Numbered from the stretch's first letter, positions 36,120-55,274 are shown. The stretch: 64,000 bases of DNA from Raillietiella orientalis (GCA_036172245.1 JAYWIR010000009.1:4898001-4962000); one strand, 5' to 3'. Program-made: numbers and translations. The notes: a model not told the origin generated them from the letters alone.

Positions 36120-36665
36120 CTTGCGGCTAGATGGGAGGTCACTGTAGAAACCTCCGGAAGGAGAAAGAGGACTGAGCGAGTGGACAACGGGCTAGCTCAC
36201 TGACGCTGCGACCTCGAGTGCTCGACTTCGTGAGCTTTTGCGCTGAGGCATGCTACTGGGTATTGCAGAGGAAGACCTGCAGTGGTGCTCGTGAACACCC
36301 GCACCCTCCCCTTGAAGTGGGACGAGTCGGCATTGATGCTGCTGCACTGGAGCCTCCCGTGCAACGCCTACCGGCATCATTGGATACGGCGGGAACGGGT
36401 GGATCCAGCTGGTGCAAGGAGCGGGGAGCGGAAATCTCTCCCTCACCTCCTAGGGGACTGTGTTGCCCTCCGGTCCCTCTGGAAACGCTTTGCCGCGACC
36501 CTGGGAACCACCGGCGGCAAGGCCAGGGACGTTTGAAAGAGCCTCTTCCTGCGCGACGTCTTCAAGCCGACCGCATCCCCACTTTACTTCAGCCTACACG
36601 GCGGCACTGTGGCGGCTGGATGAAGCAACGCCCGAGGAGGCCAGAACGACGGGACGCCATGTATT
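36120..36665 (+). mobile_element. Tx1/L1-like LINE 3' end, copy 2
   Basis: RTLPLKWDESALMLLHWSLP...KSLPHLLGDCVALRSLWKRFAATLG; homologous to copy 1 at DNA and peptide level. Confidence 0.7.
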
Positions 36666-36919
36666 TTGCTGTCCTCTTCATGATGACAGCGCCAAGATGG
36701 CTGACCCGACCTTTTCGACGCGGAGATGGAGCAGCTTCAGTCCGTGCCACCGAGAAAAAGGGAAAAAAAAAGAGACGAGAAGAAGGCACGGGTCACGGGC
36801 TTCCGCCCTTTCCGACGCAAATTCCAGGTGTAAGAGGTTGCTGCTATCTTCTGGTCGTAGGCGCGGGCGGTAGCGTAGGCGCAGGGGGGGAGGGGGGGGA
36901 GCGCGGACTCGCGGAGCAC

Positions 36920-37340
36920 GGCAGATGCGGGAAGAAGGAGACCCTCCCGCACCTGCTGTTGGACTGCGCTGCCCTCCGGCTCATTTGGGATCGCTTCGCA
37001 GCGACTTTAGGAATCCCGACGGGCAGCCCCAGGGACGTCTCTTCGCGCACGGTGACCCACTGCCGCCAGCCACCTCCCTCTCGCAGTTCTCTGCGGTCTT
37101 CGCAAGATCACGGCGGCCTGGAACGCCAGAGAGAGGGGCCGAAATGGTAGGGACGCCGTCCACTGGGTGCGGATCTTCCTGAGGACCGCCTCGAGATGGC
37201 CTCACCTGGACGTTATACGGACGGAACTTGCGAGCATCCTGAACAGGATGCAGAGGATGCCTGACAGCGTACTGTGACGCCTTCCTCGTGTACAATTTCA
37301 CCTCCCCTGTTTTTGTGTATTTTGTTTTCCCCTTCCCCAC
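36920..37340 (+). mobile_element. Tx1/L1-like LINE 3' end, copy 3
   Basis: RCGKKETLPHLLLDCAALRLIWDRFAATLG; downstream DNA (tagggacgcc, cttcctgaggac, ggaacttgc..gcatcctg, cctcccctgt) aligns with copy 1. Confidence 0.7.
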
Positions 37341-38774
37341 GCTGCGGAAGCGGACCTCGCCGGTCTGCGCACACCGCTCTGCGGGAGGTTCATTGCAAGT
37401 GGTGGTGGAACCAACGGTTCCACCGCACCAATGTACTTTCATTGCCTACGCAGGAAAATCCCCGGAACAACCGGGTGAGAATCATCTGAGGTCAATGGTA
37501 ACGATCTCTTCGTGGAGTCGTTACTAGACTTTATATATACATATATATAACATTTTAATGTGTACTCTTTGTGTTAAGCTGCAAGCAGAAGCCTTTTGTC
37601 AAGAGCCGTTTGCTTTTTGTTTCTTGCTGCTGCCACAGTCGCGTGGCACCGCGGGTGAACCGCCGGATTCTCTCAAGGCAGGACTTGAAGGCGACACGGG
37701 CTGTCCTGCGCAGCTCGACACGAGCTTTACGGACACGGGAAAAAACGGGGCCGAGACTGGCGCGTCAAGTACCGCCGGGTTTGCTGGGGCTCACCGCTGG
37801 AACCGTTTCCTGCGACCACCAGCGCGGCCTCGGCGAGCTCCGGGAAGCATCCGAGCTCCTCCCGCTGCTGGCATCCCGACGAGTGTTGCCTCGGCAACCC
37901 GATGCGCCGTGGGAGGACGCCTCTGCTCTCCAAGTAGGGTTCCCCCCCCCCCCCATCCACCCAATGCAGAGCCGAACTTGGGCCCAACCCCCTTTGAAGT
38001 GGGCGGCGGAAAGCCCTCGGGCACGTCTCTCGTCGTCTATCATTATCGTTATTGCGTCGCTATTCGCCCTTGGAACTTCAGCAACCGGATCACAGAATTG
38101 GTCGACAGTCCTTCCGGGCTCCCGGGCTGCCGGTTCTCTCCCTTTGAAGCCAAGGAGGTACGGCTTCCTGGACCAGTGCCCCTCACGACGAATCCGGGTC
38201 AGGTGACAGGCGGTGAGAATCTCCCAACGAATCACACCGATGACGTTTCTGGTCCCACGTGGAGACCGCTCTGCCACTTTGCTTTCTGTGGCAAGGGGAA
38301 ACATTCGTGGTCTCTTTCGCTTCACCCTAGAATGGTCAAAGGGGGACGATTCTTCCCAGGATCTTGGAACCGGGTGTTCCCGAGAGAGTTTGGACCTCCA
38401 GGCATTTCCGAACGGGCGCTGCTGCCCTTCGGGAAGGAAAAATGAAGATTTTTCCTTCCCCGTCTTCCTGAGTTTCCAACGAACGCGTCTCAACCAACGC
38501 AAAGGCGCGGCGACCCCCCCTTCGTCGAAGATCCGGCTCGGATCTGTGAACCTTCCTGCGGCGGAGCCCCACTTCGCACATTGCCATGCGACGTGCAAAG
38601 GTGCTTCCGAGAGAGGCACTTCGAATCCGGATCTTTGCGAAATTTCGGAGCCAGCAGTCGCGACTACCGCCGAAACTGGGGACTGTCCGCTCCATCGTGC
38701 CTTTCGGTTGCCACTCGACCGTCGGCTCGTCTCCGGGATACCGCGGGGACCTTCAGCTCCGGTAGCTGAGCTCG

Positions 38775-38990
38775 GAAGAACCGTCCGCCTCCTTCAGGGG
38801 GATTCACGAAGCTCTTCAAACTATGATCCAGGCCGCTAGAGGGTGCGCGTAAGCCTTCAAGTTAAAGGATATCCCGGGAGGGACCGGGAAGACGCCGGAG
38901 GAAGCAGTTCGTTCCTCCCTTACTCTTGAAAGGGAACCCAGAAAGGAACCTTTCTTTTATTCTCTCCGGAGGGGCCTCAGCGTTTCCTCG
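38775..38990 (-). mobile_element. SINE-like element, copy 2 (partial)
   Basis: aagaaccgtccgcctcctt...cacgaagctcttcaaa...agagggtgcgcgtaagccttcaagtt aligns with 34500 and 57912. Confidence 0.65.
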
Positions 38991-39579
38991 GCAACGCTGC
39001 TCCTGCCGCTCCGGGATGAAAGCCCCGGCGGCAGACAGGTCGACGACGCAAGCCGTCTCACAACGGTGGGAGCAAGGTAGGCACCGACGCCTCACGGGGG
39101 TGGGCATCTTTCCGACGGGCAAATCACTGCCATCGGCCACAAAGAGGTCCAGAGTTCATGCCGCCAGTTCTGAGCAGGGTTTGCGGTACGGAGGACCCCT
39201 AGAGACCGCAAGAGCAGTGCTGCTGGCGAAGGGAACGGACCCAGTGCTCTTTGGAGGGGATTGAGGGCCCGCCGGCGGCACCAGCGGAACACTCGCAGCA
39301 CCATCTATCCCTCGAAAGACCGGGAGGGGAGGGGAGGGGAAGACGCGGAACGCTTCGGGCTGGTTGGCTGGCGGAACTGCGAAGAGGAAGGCGGCGGCCG
39401 CACCTCAGCTGGGCGTCCCCATGGCAGCTGTCAGTCGGAGGAAGGAAGCGCAGGATCGTCAAGCGTCGCATCGCGCGGCGGTCTGCTCAGAGGTCCGGCG
39501 AGCGAGCGAACTCCCCTTGGGGTTCTCCTCCTAGTTCTCCTCCGCTTTTCTTCCAGCTTTTCCCCTTTTTCTGGTCCTC

Positions 39580-39980
39580 TAGGAGTCCGCCTCCGAGCAG
39601 GGGTTCACGAAGCTCTCGAAGCACCGTCCACTCGCAAGGATGTGTGTACGACTCTTCCAGTTATAGGGGGTTAACCCCGGAGGAAGTCCCTTCCTCTGTT
39701 ACGCTGGAGAGCGAACCCCGAAGGGAACTACCCCTTCCTTATTCTCCACGGAGGGACCCCCGCATTGTGGGAGCCTCTTTGGAGGCTGCTCCTCGTTTCT
39801 TCTCCGGAGAAAACCCGCAAGATAACCTCCTCCTGAATTCCCGGAAGGAATCCGGAGGGTCAGCTGCCAATCCCGGCCAGCCAACGGGAGAACCGGAGGT
39901 TTCTGGCTGCTCCCACCAGCGCCTCTGCAACCGAATAAACCGACCAGCGTCATCCTACGGAAGGAAAGGGGCTCGAAACC
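39580..39980 (-). mobile_element. SINE-like element, copy 3 (partial)
   Basis: gtccgcctcc...ttcacgaagctctc...gaaccccgaaggga...ccggagggtca..gccaatcccggccag...ccagcgtcatcct aligns with the 57910 copy. Confidence 0.65.
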
Positions 39981-40109
39981 ACAAAGGAGCGGATCTCTTG
40001 AAGAATATGATAATTTTAATATGAAATATTAATATTAAAAAAACACATTCTGACTTTGATATGAATTTTGTTAAAATTTTAATAATAAATGCCCCGGCAG
40101 ATCCGGGTG

Positions 40110-40810
40110 AATAAACCCCGGGAGTGGTCCGCTCTATGAATACAGGAAGGGCTCAGATTCCGTTCCTCTCACGCCGGGGAAGGGATCCCCCTGGAAAGGG
40201 GGGCTGGACCAGAGCTCCACCCTGGTTGTCTCCGAAGGGGAACCCTGAAGGGAATCTCCTTCCTCATTCCCTCCCGAGGACCCTTAGGAGGGTCCTCGCG
40301 TTCTTTCTTCTCTGAAGAGAACCGGGAAAGAATCCGATCCTCTTTTTGCTCCTTTGAAGAGAACCCAGAAGGGGTGCTTCCGAAATCCAGAAGGACGCAG
40401 CTTCCCCGAAGGGATCGGCTCGCTTCCCTGCACTCTCTGGATAGGTGGTGGCGACACACCTACCCCATCAGTACGACGCGGAGGGGCACTCCCCGGAATG
40501 GGGGGTCCGCTCCTTCACAACCGGATGGGATCTCCCACTCCGTGATTCCTGGAAGGACCCGGAGGTCGACTCTCATTTGTCCCGGCCGTTCATCGGAGGC
40601 ATCCGGTTTGAACCGCTACGTGCGCCGCACCCGAATGGACAGAGGCCGGCCAGCGTCATCTCGCGGGAGGAACTCGGAACCCGCGACGCACCCCCCGCAT
40701 CTCTCGGCGTCGATTCTTTGCGAGTATTCGAGCCGGCGACGCCTGGTGGTGCCATGCGCGGAGACCGCAGCGGCGTGGCCTCCGACGCGAGCATGTCCCT
40801 ACTCCGGCCA
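40110..40810 (-). mobile_element. SINE-like element, copy 4 (body plus degenerate tRNA-like head)
   Basis: ccctggttgtctccgaagggg, ttctctgaagagaacc, ttcacaaccg, ggaaggaccc, cgcacccgaatgg and ttcgagccggcgacgcc align with 58000-58540. Confidence 0.7.
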
Positions 40811-42159
40811 TTCCTTTTTTTTTTTTTTCCCCCTCCCCAGTCCGCGTGTCCTCTGCAAGGAAATGCTCGCTCGCCCGTACGTTTTCCGGAGGCGCTCGGG
40901 AAGGCGGGGAGCCCACCCTTCCACCGGCGGCCCCTGGTTCGCCGTCCTTAGCGGTACTAGACTGGACTTGCGTCTCCCGGAAGATCATCCGGGCGGAAAA
41001 GAGTAGTGGCGTTCGTCCCCCGAGGCGGTCTGCGCCGGTGCCGTTCGGTGCTGAGGGCCGCCCCTGCAGGCATTTCACGCGGGGTGCCTCTGGGGTCTGC
41101 CCGGGCTCCCTCCGTTCGTCGCTTTCTTCGACTGTTCGCCTCGCGCCGCCCGTCAGGCGCCGCCGTTTCCGAAAGTAGGGAGAGGGGGCGGGAGGCTGCC
41201 CACGGACGCGCTACAGGCGACTCACCCACGCGGCACCGCCGTCTCAGATCGCCCGGTCCGAGCCGAAGCCTCGAAACCGCCCGCGGGATCGAAGGCTCGC
41301 GAGCAGCAGCAGCGTCGGGAGGATTTTCTTCCTCCCCGACGTGGCAGGAGAGGAATCACCCCCCCCCCCCCTCCTCGAAATCAAATTTCTTTTCCAGCCG
41401 CTGTGCCCAAGACGGATCCCTCCTACTTCTGGCTGCCGTCATTTCCGGGTGCCGTTGATCAATGAAGGCAGAAGAGTGTTGCTGGTGTGCACACGCAGAA
41501 GTCACGTCAAGGAAGACGAAATCACAGGAACACATGTGGGCAGTCCGCGGATTTTTTTTCTTCTTCTTTTTTTCTTTTTCTCATTTTTTTTTTTTTTTTT
41601 TCCTCTCTCCCCCCCCCCCTCCCCTCCGTGTCGTGCATTTCTTCTTGCACGCGAGTGCGAGCAATCATCGGCATCTTCGTGTATCAAGTAACGATTTTCC
41701 GCTCGTCGCGAAGATGCTGCTGTCAGGATCAGATGCGGCTTCGCCGCACAAATAAGTAGTTCCTCGTCTACACCTCCTTTTTTTCCCCTTCTTTCCGGAG
41801 AGCGCTTCCTTTTCAGCTGTCATTCATGAATCGAACCGGAAGGAACCTCTTGGATAGGGGCATCCAACGAGGAAGAGGAATTTCCGTTCCTTCCCGTTTA
41901 GCGGAAAAAATGCGCCTCCTTCGCGGTGTGCGCGCCGCCGCCGCGGTGTTTCCGCACGAAAGCAACGCTCGGCCAGGTGCACACAACACGCACACTTTCC
42001 AGGGTTGTCCGGAGGAACACCTTCGTCACGTTGAGGGCGACCGGCGCGTTCGACCGCTTGCCAGGGTGGGTGGCGGCCACCCCGCCTCCAGCACGCGGGC
42101 CCCCCGAACTTGGACAGCCACCGGAGGCCATGCTGGAAGGGCTCCCAGTGCTCTTGTGG

Positions 42160-42192
42160 CAGCAGCAGCAGCAGCAGCAGCAGCGGCGGCGG
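42160..42192. repeat. (CAG)8(CGG)3 trinucleotide repeat
   Basis: cagcagcagcagcagcagcagcagcggcggcgg. Confidence 0.9.
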
Positions 42193-45100
42193 CCATGGAC
42201 GGCCTTTCTGCGCGAGCAGCGGAAGACTGCACGCGTCTCTTCCGTATCAAAGAGCTTCTTGGGCAAACTTTGCGCATCGATTTTCGGTACGGAAGGAAGC
42301 TGTCAGGGCTGCAGCTTGGACCTTCGTGAAAGATGGGCTGCGGAAGAAGCAGAAAGGGGAATCCACCGGAGGTTTGGCCGATGCTCAGCCGATGGGGCAT
42401 TTTTTTTTTTTCTTCTTCTTCTCCTCCTCTCTTTTTCCTCGACCGCATCTTTTCTACCCTTCGAAATGGGTAAGTGCAGTGTGCCGCTGCTGCTGCGGGG
42501 GGGGGCGGACTCAGGTTAAGCAAAGCAGTTGTCTTTGAACAAGAGTTCCGTTTCGTTTTCCGGAGAAAGTTATTTACCGAAGCGTCGGCGACTTACCCAC
42601 TCGCGTAGAGGTTAGGATCCAAGAACAACATTTAAAAAAGAAAAAAAGTGACAAAACATCCAGCGGCCGCGATCGGATGTTAATATACCCATTGCGAAAC
42701 GTGCAGTGTCGATGTAATCGCTGTTCGACAAGCGCGTGCATAAAACAAACGAGGAGGCCGGACGCAGGTTTTTACCTTTTTTTTTTTATTTTTTTTTTTT
42801 TTTTTTTTTTACTGTCTGCAAACAGTCCGGCAGACAAACATTCAACTTCTTCAGGCATGCAGGTTGCCTCCGGATGGGTTTCGGGGTCTCACCTCGTCGC
42901 TTGGCACACGAACGGGGGGAGGGAGAGGGTGAGGGGGGTGAGACTTCGATTTCAGCTCTTCAGAGAATGGGATAGGAGGAATCCAGGCGATCCTGTGGCC
43001 GAAGGAGGGGGAGGAATATCTTCGGTTTCATCTGCGTACAAAACGCATAATACTGGCGCGGGAGCCCGCGAAAAAGAAATGGCTGCCCAGGGCGGACGGC
43101 ATGGTTGCCAGGTCTCGCCTCATTGTTGACGCCATCTGCAACCAAGAGGAAGAGGAGCACGAAAGCGAAATACGTATACACAGCACGTACGGACCTTTCG
43201 CGTGTACTTCATCCACGCAACGAGTAAGCGTTATTCCGTCATTTTCGGAAACCAGTACGAAAGTAAAAACGACAGGATAAACATCGAACGAAGATCCGCA
43301 ATCGGAAAATGGAAGTTCGTGTTCTGGAGCCCTTCATTCCTGTGAAAATTCATATTCCCTGCTCCCCTTTGGATCCTTTTTCGAATCGCATTCTTTCGTG
43401 GTTAGACAAAACTTGTTTTCCTCCTTGATTTATCTCCCGTCGAAAGTCTGCTCTCTTATTGTGTTCTGCGTGCTCCTTGACGATTCGTTAGGGTGCTTAT
43501 CGGTGCCTGGCAGTTGGCTACCTCAATTTTGTAAGCAAACGTTTCGTATTTTTCCAATTTGGGGATTTGGTTGGGTTCCGATGGTGCAAAATAGGCATCT
43601 TATCAAGATCCTTGGTACCCTCTCTGCAAAAATGACCTATTCCTGAGGGTGGGCGCAGTCGTCTGCTCTTCTCGCTCTCTCTCGGTAATTTTTTGCCAGA
43701 CGATCCACCGCTGATTCTTAAGCTGTAGAGACAGACAGATTTGGTGTTGAGAAAATCGGCATCTGAACCCTTCAACAGCTCAGCGGCTTGCTGTAGTTCA
43801 ACCCGAAGGTTAAATGACCTGGTCTTTCGTGATGTAGTATTTTTTTTTTTTCATGATTCATTTCTCCAGCATCTAGCGCGGACGCTGCTTCACAACATGC
43901 TCGCTCAGTCTGCTCCTCATTGCTTTGAATTATTACTTGGGAGCAACCTGCGGATTCGAGAAGGTTGGCACAGATGTTTCGTTCGGGTGCGGTGAAGCAA
44001 AACGGCATTCGAAACACTTAGATTTCTGCCGGATCGATGCAGGTGCACCCCTCAACCCCACAACTTCGTGTTTTTTTTTTTGGGGAATTTCCGTCCGTTC
44101 CAAATGTTTGAAAACTTCCCTGGACCATTCCCCACCCCTCTCTCCCTCCCTTTTCGATCTCCTGAGGAGACAAAAAAAAAAAAAAAGGAGGGGGGGGGAT
44201 TTGCTGCCTCCGTTGCATCCGTTCTTAGATGGTTGGTTCACTCTTTACTGAAAGATGGTTTCGATATATAAGCTCTTCGAAAAAAAAAAGAGATGTTATT
44301 TCAGACGAAGACCTCCGTGAGCCTTGTGTGAAAGCGAGGACTCGATTTTCTTTGGCTGTCGGTGAGGATTCAGCATCAGCAACCGTCAGATCATCTCTGT
44401 TTGGACTTGGGCGTCTACCGTTCCCCCATCTATTGAGTACACAAAAAAACAAAATGCCTTTTTTTTGTGTGTGTGTGTGTGCTCCGCACATCAAACAGCG
44501 TTCTGTTTGTCTTCCCTTTCTGTGTCTGCGTGGTAAACTCGACAATTTAGCAATGGAGTTTCGGAGAGCCGAGGTCTATCCTGCGTGGCAATTCTCTGCA
44601 GGGGATTTATGGGAAAATGCGAGCTTCCCGTAAATCCCGCGTGAACGGTTCGAACCGGCACTCCTGCCGAATGTCGGAGGGAGCCGAGCGGCCGCTCGGC
44701 TGCGGAGCCGATTTCCCCATAAAATTGGGCTCTCGTTGGGTTCTTCCCCTCTTCCGCGGCGACTGGCGCGAGCTGCGTGGGTTCTCGCAGTGCGTTTTCT
44801 TCTTCCCCTTTCTCCCCTCCCCCTTTCGGTCACCAGCGGGAAAGGGGTGGCGGTGAGACGCGGTCGCCTTCATGCGGGTCCTCTGATCTCGCAGCTTCCG
44901 TCGCGACGAATTGGTACTTCGCGAGGAGGAAGATCCCGTGAGCACCGCCGCCGGTGTCGCCTGCTCGAAACTGGCCTATCCGGAAGCCCCATGGACGCAT
45001 TCCTCCTCCCGCACTCTCCCCGAGCGGCCGACGGGAGCAACTGCATCGACGCAAACAGACAGCTCTTCCCCGTGCATCCTGCGGCTTTTTGCTAAGGAGC

Positions 45101-46369
45101 CCTGCCGCCTCTTCGGCGATCAATATTATTCCTGGCTGTGCTATTGATGTCACCTAGCTCCCTTTCCTTTAAAGCGCTGCTGCAAATGAGAAATGCTCTT
45201 TTGTGAGCAGCCCAGAGCGGTTTCCCGAGCGCGAGCTCTGCTCAAAAGGCGAGGATTCCGTTCAAGAGCGGAAGGAAATTGGTAATTACAGAAAAGCTCT
45301 TTGAAGGGAGGAGGGAGCGCCTGGGATCATCGTTTTCGGAGCTGCTGCTGCTGCTGCCGCTGCAGCATCCCTCCCGCTCTCAGGCTCCGGCATCTCTCAC
45401 GTCCCGCGTTTCAGCCTCCGAGCTGCAGTGTGCGTTCGTTCCGTCTTCAGATTGCGAGAGGGTGTTCCAGGGTGTTTCCCGTGAGCGCGGCCGGACGCCT
45501 TCCAAATTGGAAATCGTCGGACACGGCACGTAGGTGGAAGAGGTACTCCCCGCAACGGCAGTGCCTTTGGATTGTTCCTGCAGCTGCGTATTTTCTACCC
45601 CAGAGCAGATGACGAGTTAGGAGGAGTACAGGATCTTTCGAGTCCGTGAGGAAGGCGGGGGGGGGGGGAAGAGGGAGGTCTGAGGTCAATAAAACTATTG
45701 AAAACGGGACGGCGAGGACGGCTACGAATGCTTCGGAAATTTTCCAGGGGTACCAATCATTTCGCAGGACAGGCGGCTGATCACGTCAAGGACATCCCGT
45801 TTCCCGTAAAAACCGAAAAGTTCAGCGGATCCGAGAGACACTCGACCGTTCCCATCTCCCGTGTGTAAATGCGGGAAGCGTACAGTCGGCCATATGCAAG
45901 CATCGATATGTGCCAGTTCCACTATGCCGCTCGCAGCGTGCTGCTCGGCGTTCGCCGCGTCGGCGGAGTCAAGGTAGCCAAGTTTGCATCCTCGTAAATT
46001 AACAGCGCGAACGAATGGTGCCCAGAACTTACTTTCATCTGTGCCTATCGAAATATAAAAACAATCCAGGTGAGCGTTTGATTCGGGACTGAGAGCTGCA
46101 GATCATGAAAGAAAAGCAGAGAGTTTTTTTTTTTTTTTCTTTTTTTTATAGAAAAAATACGTGCCGAATGAGCTGAATCTGCCCACGAGACCGATCGTTT
46201 GTTTCGTTTTGTTGTTTTCGCGGATGTGTGAGGCCGCATTTCCTCCCTTTTTTTTTTTTAATCCTGTGGTTGCCTTGTTTTTCGTGTTTTGCATAGGGAT
46301 CATCCTAATAAATATTCAGGGTGTCTGCCTCTTGGGTAGCATAGTCAGCTCTGAACGCGCCTGAAAAAC

Positions 46370-46640
46370 ATGCATGCTTTCAGAGAGATGCACGGGGTAT
46401 CAACTCCTTCCATGTGCCAGCTTGGTGATGCCGTGCCATCGTAGTTGTGCGCCAACGAGTCGTTGACTTTCATGCTCATTAGCTGTGCAATCAGTGAGGG
46501 CCAACTGGTACAATGAGTAGGTGTGTGAGTGTGTTCCTGAATGTTAAGACACAAACGTTGCTCATTGTGGGGTACGTTGCAAGCAGTCAGAGTGCTTGCA
46601 CTTGTCCGACGAGCGTGTCTCCGGTGCTTATTATTTTGTT
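46370..46640 (-). mobile_element. Degenerate hAT (Tip100/ZMYM1-like) transposase fragment
   Basis: Minus-strand LAHNYDGTASPSWHMEGV resembles the L.AQ.YDGA..M.G...GV catalytic region, preceded by an EQRL (ERF-like) segment. Confidence 0.35.
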
Positions 46641-49361
46641 GTATGTGCAGCCCTTGTAAAAACTGAAAGGCACTTTTAGAAAAATATATATATATGTATA
46701 TATGTAAATGTTCGCATGCATTCAGCAACATGCAGCAAGCATGCGTTGTTTGGGCCAATCCCGGCGTCAACATCTTGGAATGCTTCTGGAAGCGCACGGA
46801 GTTTGAATTCGTGTTGCGGGTTGCGTGTTTCTGTGTGTGTGTGTGCTGCTTTTCCTTTCTTGAGCTGCGAGCTGTTTCCCATCGGATTGATCAGGAGGTG
46901 GTTTTGGAAGAACGCCCCTCGCCCTCCTCCATCCCAAGCCTGGATCGTGAGAACTGGAAGAGGAGTGCGATACTTCTGTTTAGGTTGCGATAAGAGGCAT
47001 CAAACGGAAGCTCTTGAAGAGCGTCGCGACTCGGAACGCGTGCAGAGGCGGAAAGAAGGATAAGGACGGAAGCAGGTTTCCACGGTGCCCACAGCTGCTT
47101 GAAATTTCGGGAGTGTAGCGATTCGGTTCTTCTGGACCAGAACCCGCTCTCCCCCCACGAGAAACACCACGAGATTGCTTCTTCCCTGCCATCCCCTTTT
47201 TCTTCGTCTTCTTCTCTCCAAGGACGGCACTTTCCCGAAATGGGAAGGACAGATTTTCGGAATCTGCTCGCAGCGTGAATTCGGTTCCCATCTTGTGCAA
47301 GGACGAAGAGGAACCCAGCAAAGTGCGAGCTCGCTGGTCGCGCCGCAATTCAGGAAAGGCTCCCGATTCGATTGTGGGATCCCTGCCGCGCGTCTCAACG
47401 CCCGCTTCGTGGGGCAAAGCGCGATGGGCGCGCATTGTTGCGACCGCAGGCATCGACCGGATGTTAGCTAGTCCGGCGGCGTTCTCCAGTGTTGCCACGC
47501 TTCTTCGGATGTCTTCCGTACGCTTTTCTCTCTTCGATTCAAGAAAGCGATCCGAATCAACTTAAGCGTTCAGTTTGGGGATGCCAGGTGGACGTTCGCT
47601 TTTCCTAACGAAATGCATTTCGTCTGAGATGCTGAAATTAAGAGCGCGCTACACTTGACATAGGTTTTTTTTTTTTATTTTTAGCGCAGTTTGATGTTAC
47701 ATTTAAATCGGCAGTTGTTTAGGATCGCATCGAAGTGCAAGTAATTTAAGCAGCTTCACCGGACCGACTTCACTTGAAAGCCAAATCCAGAAGCCCTTCC
47801 CCCCCCCCCTCCTGAAACTTTCTAAGAGGCGGGAACAACGTTTTGTCAACGAATCATGGGATCGAATCGATATGGCCAACGGGTGCATCCTGTTTCCGCG
47901 AAAAAGATTTGGGAAGCGAAAATCGCTAACGGTGGTTCTGCAGGGATGCCTTCCCCCTTGGGATTTGGTTGTGGTCTCGGTTGTGAAATCCTCGCCTGGA
48001 GAAGATGGAGGTTTCGGCAACGACTGGATGGCAGGCTGTACGTGCAGAGCGAGAAACGCGCAGCAGCACGTTCGCCCCTCGGCTCCGCGCAGAACCGCGT
48101 GCCTCCAGCAGTGGAAGCCGCTGGCAGGATGCGAGTCGAGGGACGTGGAGCCACCGGCCTCAGAGAGACGGCTGCTCCCCTTTTGGGGGAGGGGGGGGGG
48201 GAATGCGAAACGTCCGGAACCAATTCGACTGTTAGGAAAGCGGCGCGGTGAAAGCGCCGGTCTTCCGCGTGGGACTTCGTCGCGAACGAGGCGTTCGCAG
48301 CAGCAGGGCTTGGGCAGCTTCGGCGGCGCCCCCCTTCCGTGACCCCCACGCGGGATGAGCCAAACTCTGGGAGTTCGTTCCAGCACTCCCCGCGCGCGGT
48401 GGGTTCTGCCGGTTCCTTCCCGTATTGAGGACGCGGTGAAGACCCGTTCGAGAGACGGGGCAAACTTTGCAGCTGGGGCGAGCGGCGGAGGACCCCTTCG
48501 TTCGATGAGGACCCCTCAACTGCGAGCGCTTGCGAGTCTTCGCTTCCCCCCCCCCCCTCCCCCGGCTTTCCAAGTGGTTGCTGCCGCCGCTGGCTGGGCA
48601 TCGTGTCTTCAGCTAAACGCAGAGCGAAGAGGATGAAGTGTCGGGCATTTCGCAGCAGCCGACCCACCCTCTCCTGCGCACCACCCGAGGGTGCAGCTCA
48701 GCGCCCCCCACCCCAACCGGGGCGGCGACGCCACACTGCTCGCGGTGGTGCTGCATGAAGCTCCGCGGCTGATGGCACGACCGCTGAGAAGTCTCCCTGA
48801 CCTGGCGCGACGTGAACTCGCGCAAGTGGTTGAAGCCGAAGAAGGCAGAAGCAGAAGATCAGTCCCTCCTCCCCCCTCCCCTCTCTCCCCTTCCGTCGCC
48901 GGACAGCACCCGACTCCGTGCGGAAGGAGAGACGCGATCGCCGGAGTAAAGTGGGGGCCTGGGACGAGAGAGACCCCCGGCCGACCCGCCTACCCAGAAA
49001 ACCCCGCCACTCCCTGCGCGCTAGTTCGTCCCAGCGGGGGGTTCCGAGGAGACCCCGGGGTCTCGGCATTTCATAGTTGTGAAGACCCGACTGCGCGGTT
49101 GCCGGACGGCGCGGTGCACGAATAAAGAAGAGAACGAACGTCCTCCTAGGCGGGGGGGTGGGGTGGCGCTGCGGCTGCCATCGCGAGGAGCGCGCGATCT
49201 ACCAGCGGGCAGACCCCTAGGGTGGTAAGAAAGGTCCGAGCGAACCCGACGTTGCCAGAGAAAACGCGCGCGCGCCTGCCGTCTCCCTTCCGCTTCACCT
49301 CCCTGTCTTTTGCTCCGTTCCAGCAGCACTCCGGCGAGATTTACGGGACGCGCCTGAATGA

Positions 49362-54495
<5,134 letters not shown>

Positions 54496-55274
54496 GAGTC
54501 CACGGAGTGCAGGCGGACGTGTGGGCGCGAATAGCCACCCCCTCTCCCCCACGATTACGTGTTTCTCCACTCACGACGACTGCCTTTGGAATCCGTGCGC
54601 CGTTGTGTGTGCCAAGTGCAAGACCCCCGCCCCCGCCCCCTCCTCTCTCCGAGGTACACGCGCGGAGGACACTTGTTTGAAAACGATGCTTTTTTTGCTG
54701 TGTACCTCTGTGTGTTGAGCTTATGTGTGGCTAAGGAAGATCCCCTCCCCTCCGCTCATATTTTTGCACGTCAAGATGAAATGACCAAAGTGTCTCGAAT
54801 CGCGTTGCCATAGATTCATGGGTTGCCTCCAGTGAAGCCAACTCATGCAACTCGTCATTCTGCGTTTACTTTGCGCATTGTTTTTCTTGTGCGAATCGTT
54901 CTTCCGCTCTCGTTTTCGTAGCTGCTGTGGAATGTGTTTATTTTTTTTTTTTCCAAAACACTGCCATGAAATAGAAAGTGAATCGTGCTGCCATCTCTGG
55001 ATCGCGGTTTCAAGCGCACACGGAAGAGCAACGCGAAGAAAATTTTCCCGTAGACGCAAAGGACAGCTGGACGAATGGAGGAATCCGATTTTCCTTGTCG
55101 GCAGCCGTGCACCACCGCCAGCTTCCGGATCCTCCCGGAACTCAGAACTAGGATGCCCTCCATGCGTTCAGGTTTCTTGTAAGTTTCGTTTCTATCTCGT
55201 GCCCATCCAATCTTTGGATTGCAAAACGGAACGCTTTCGTCTTTGTGACTGCCTACACTAAGTCAAAATAGGTG

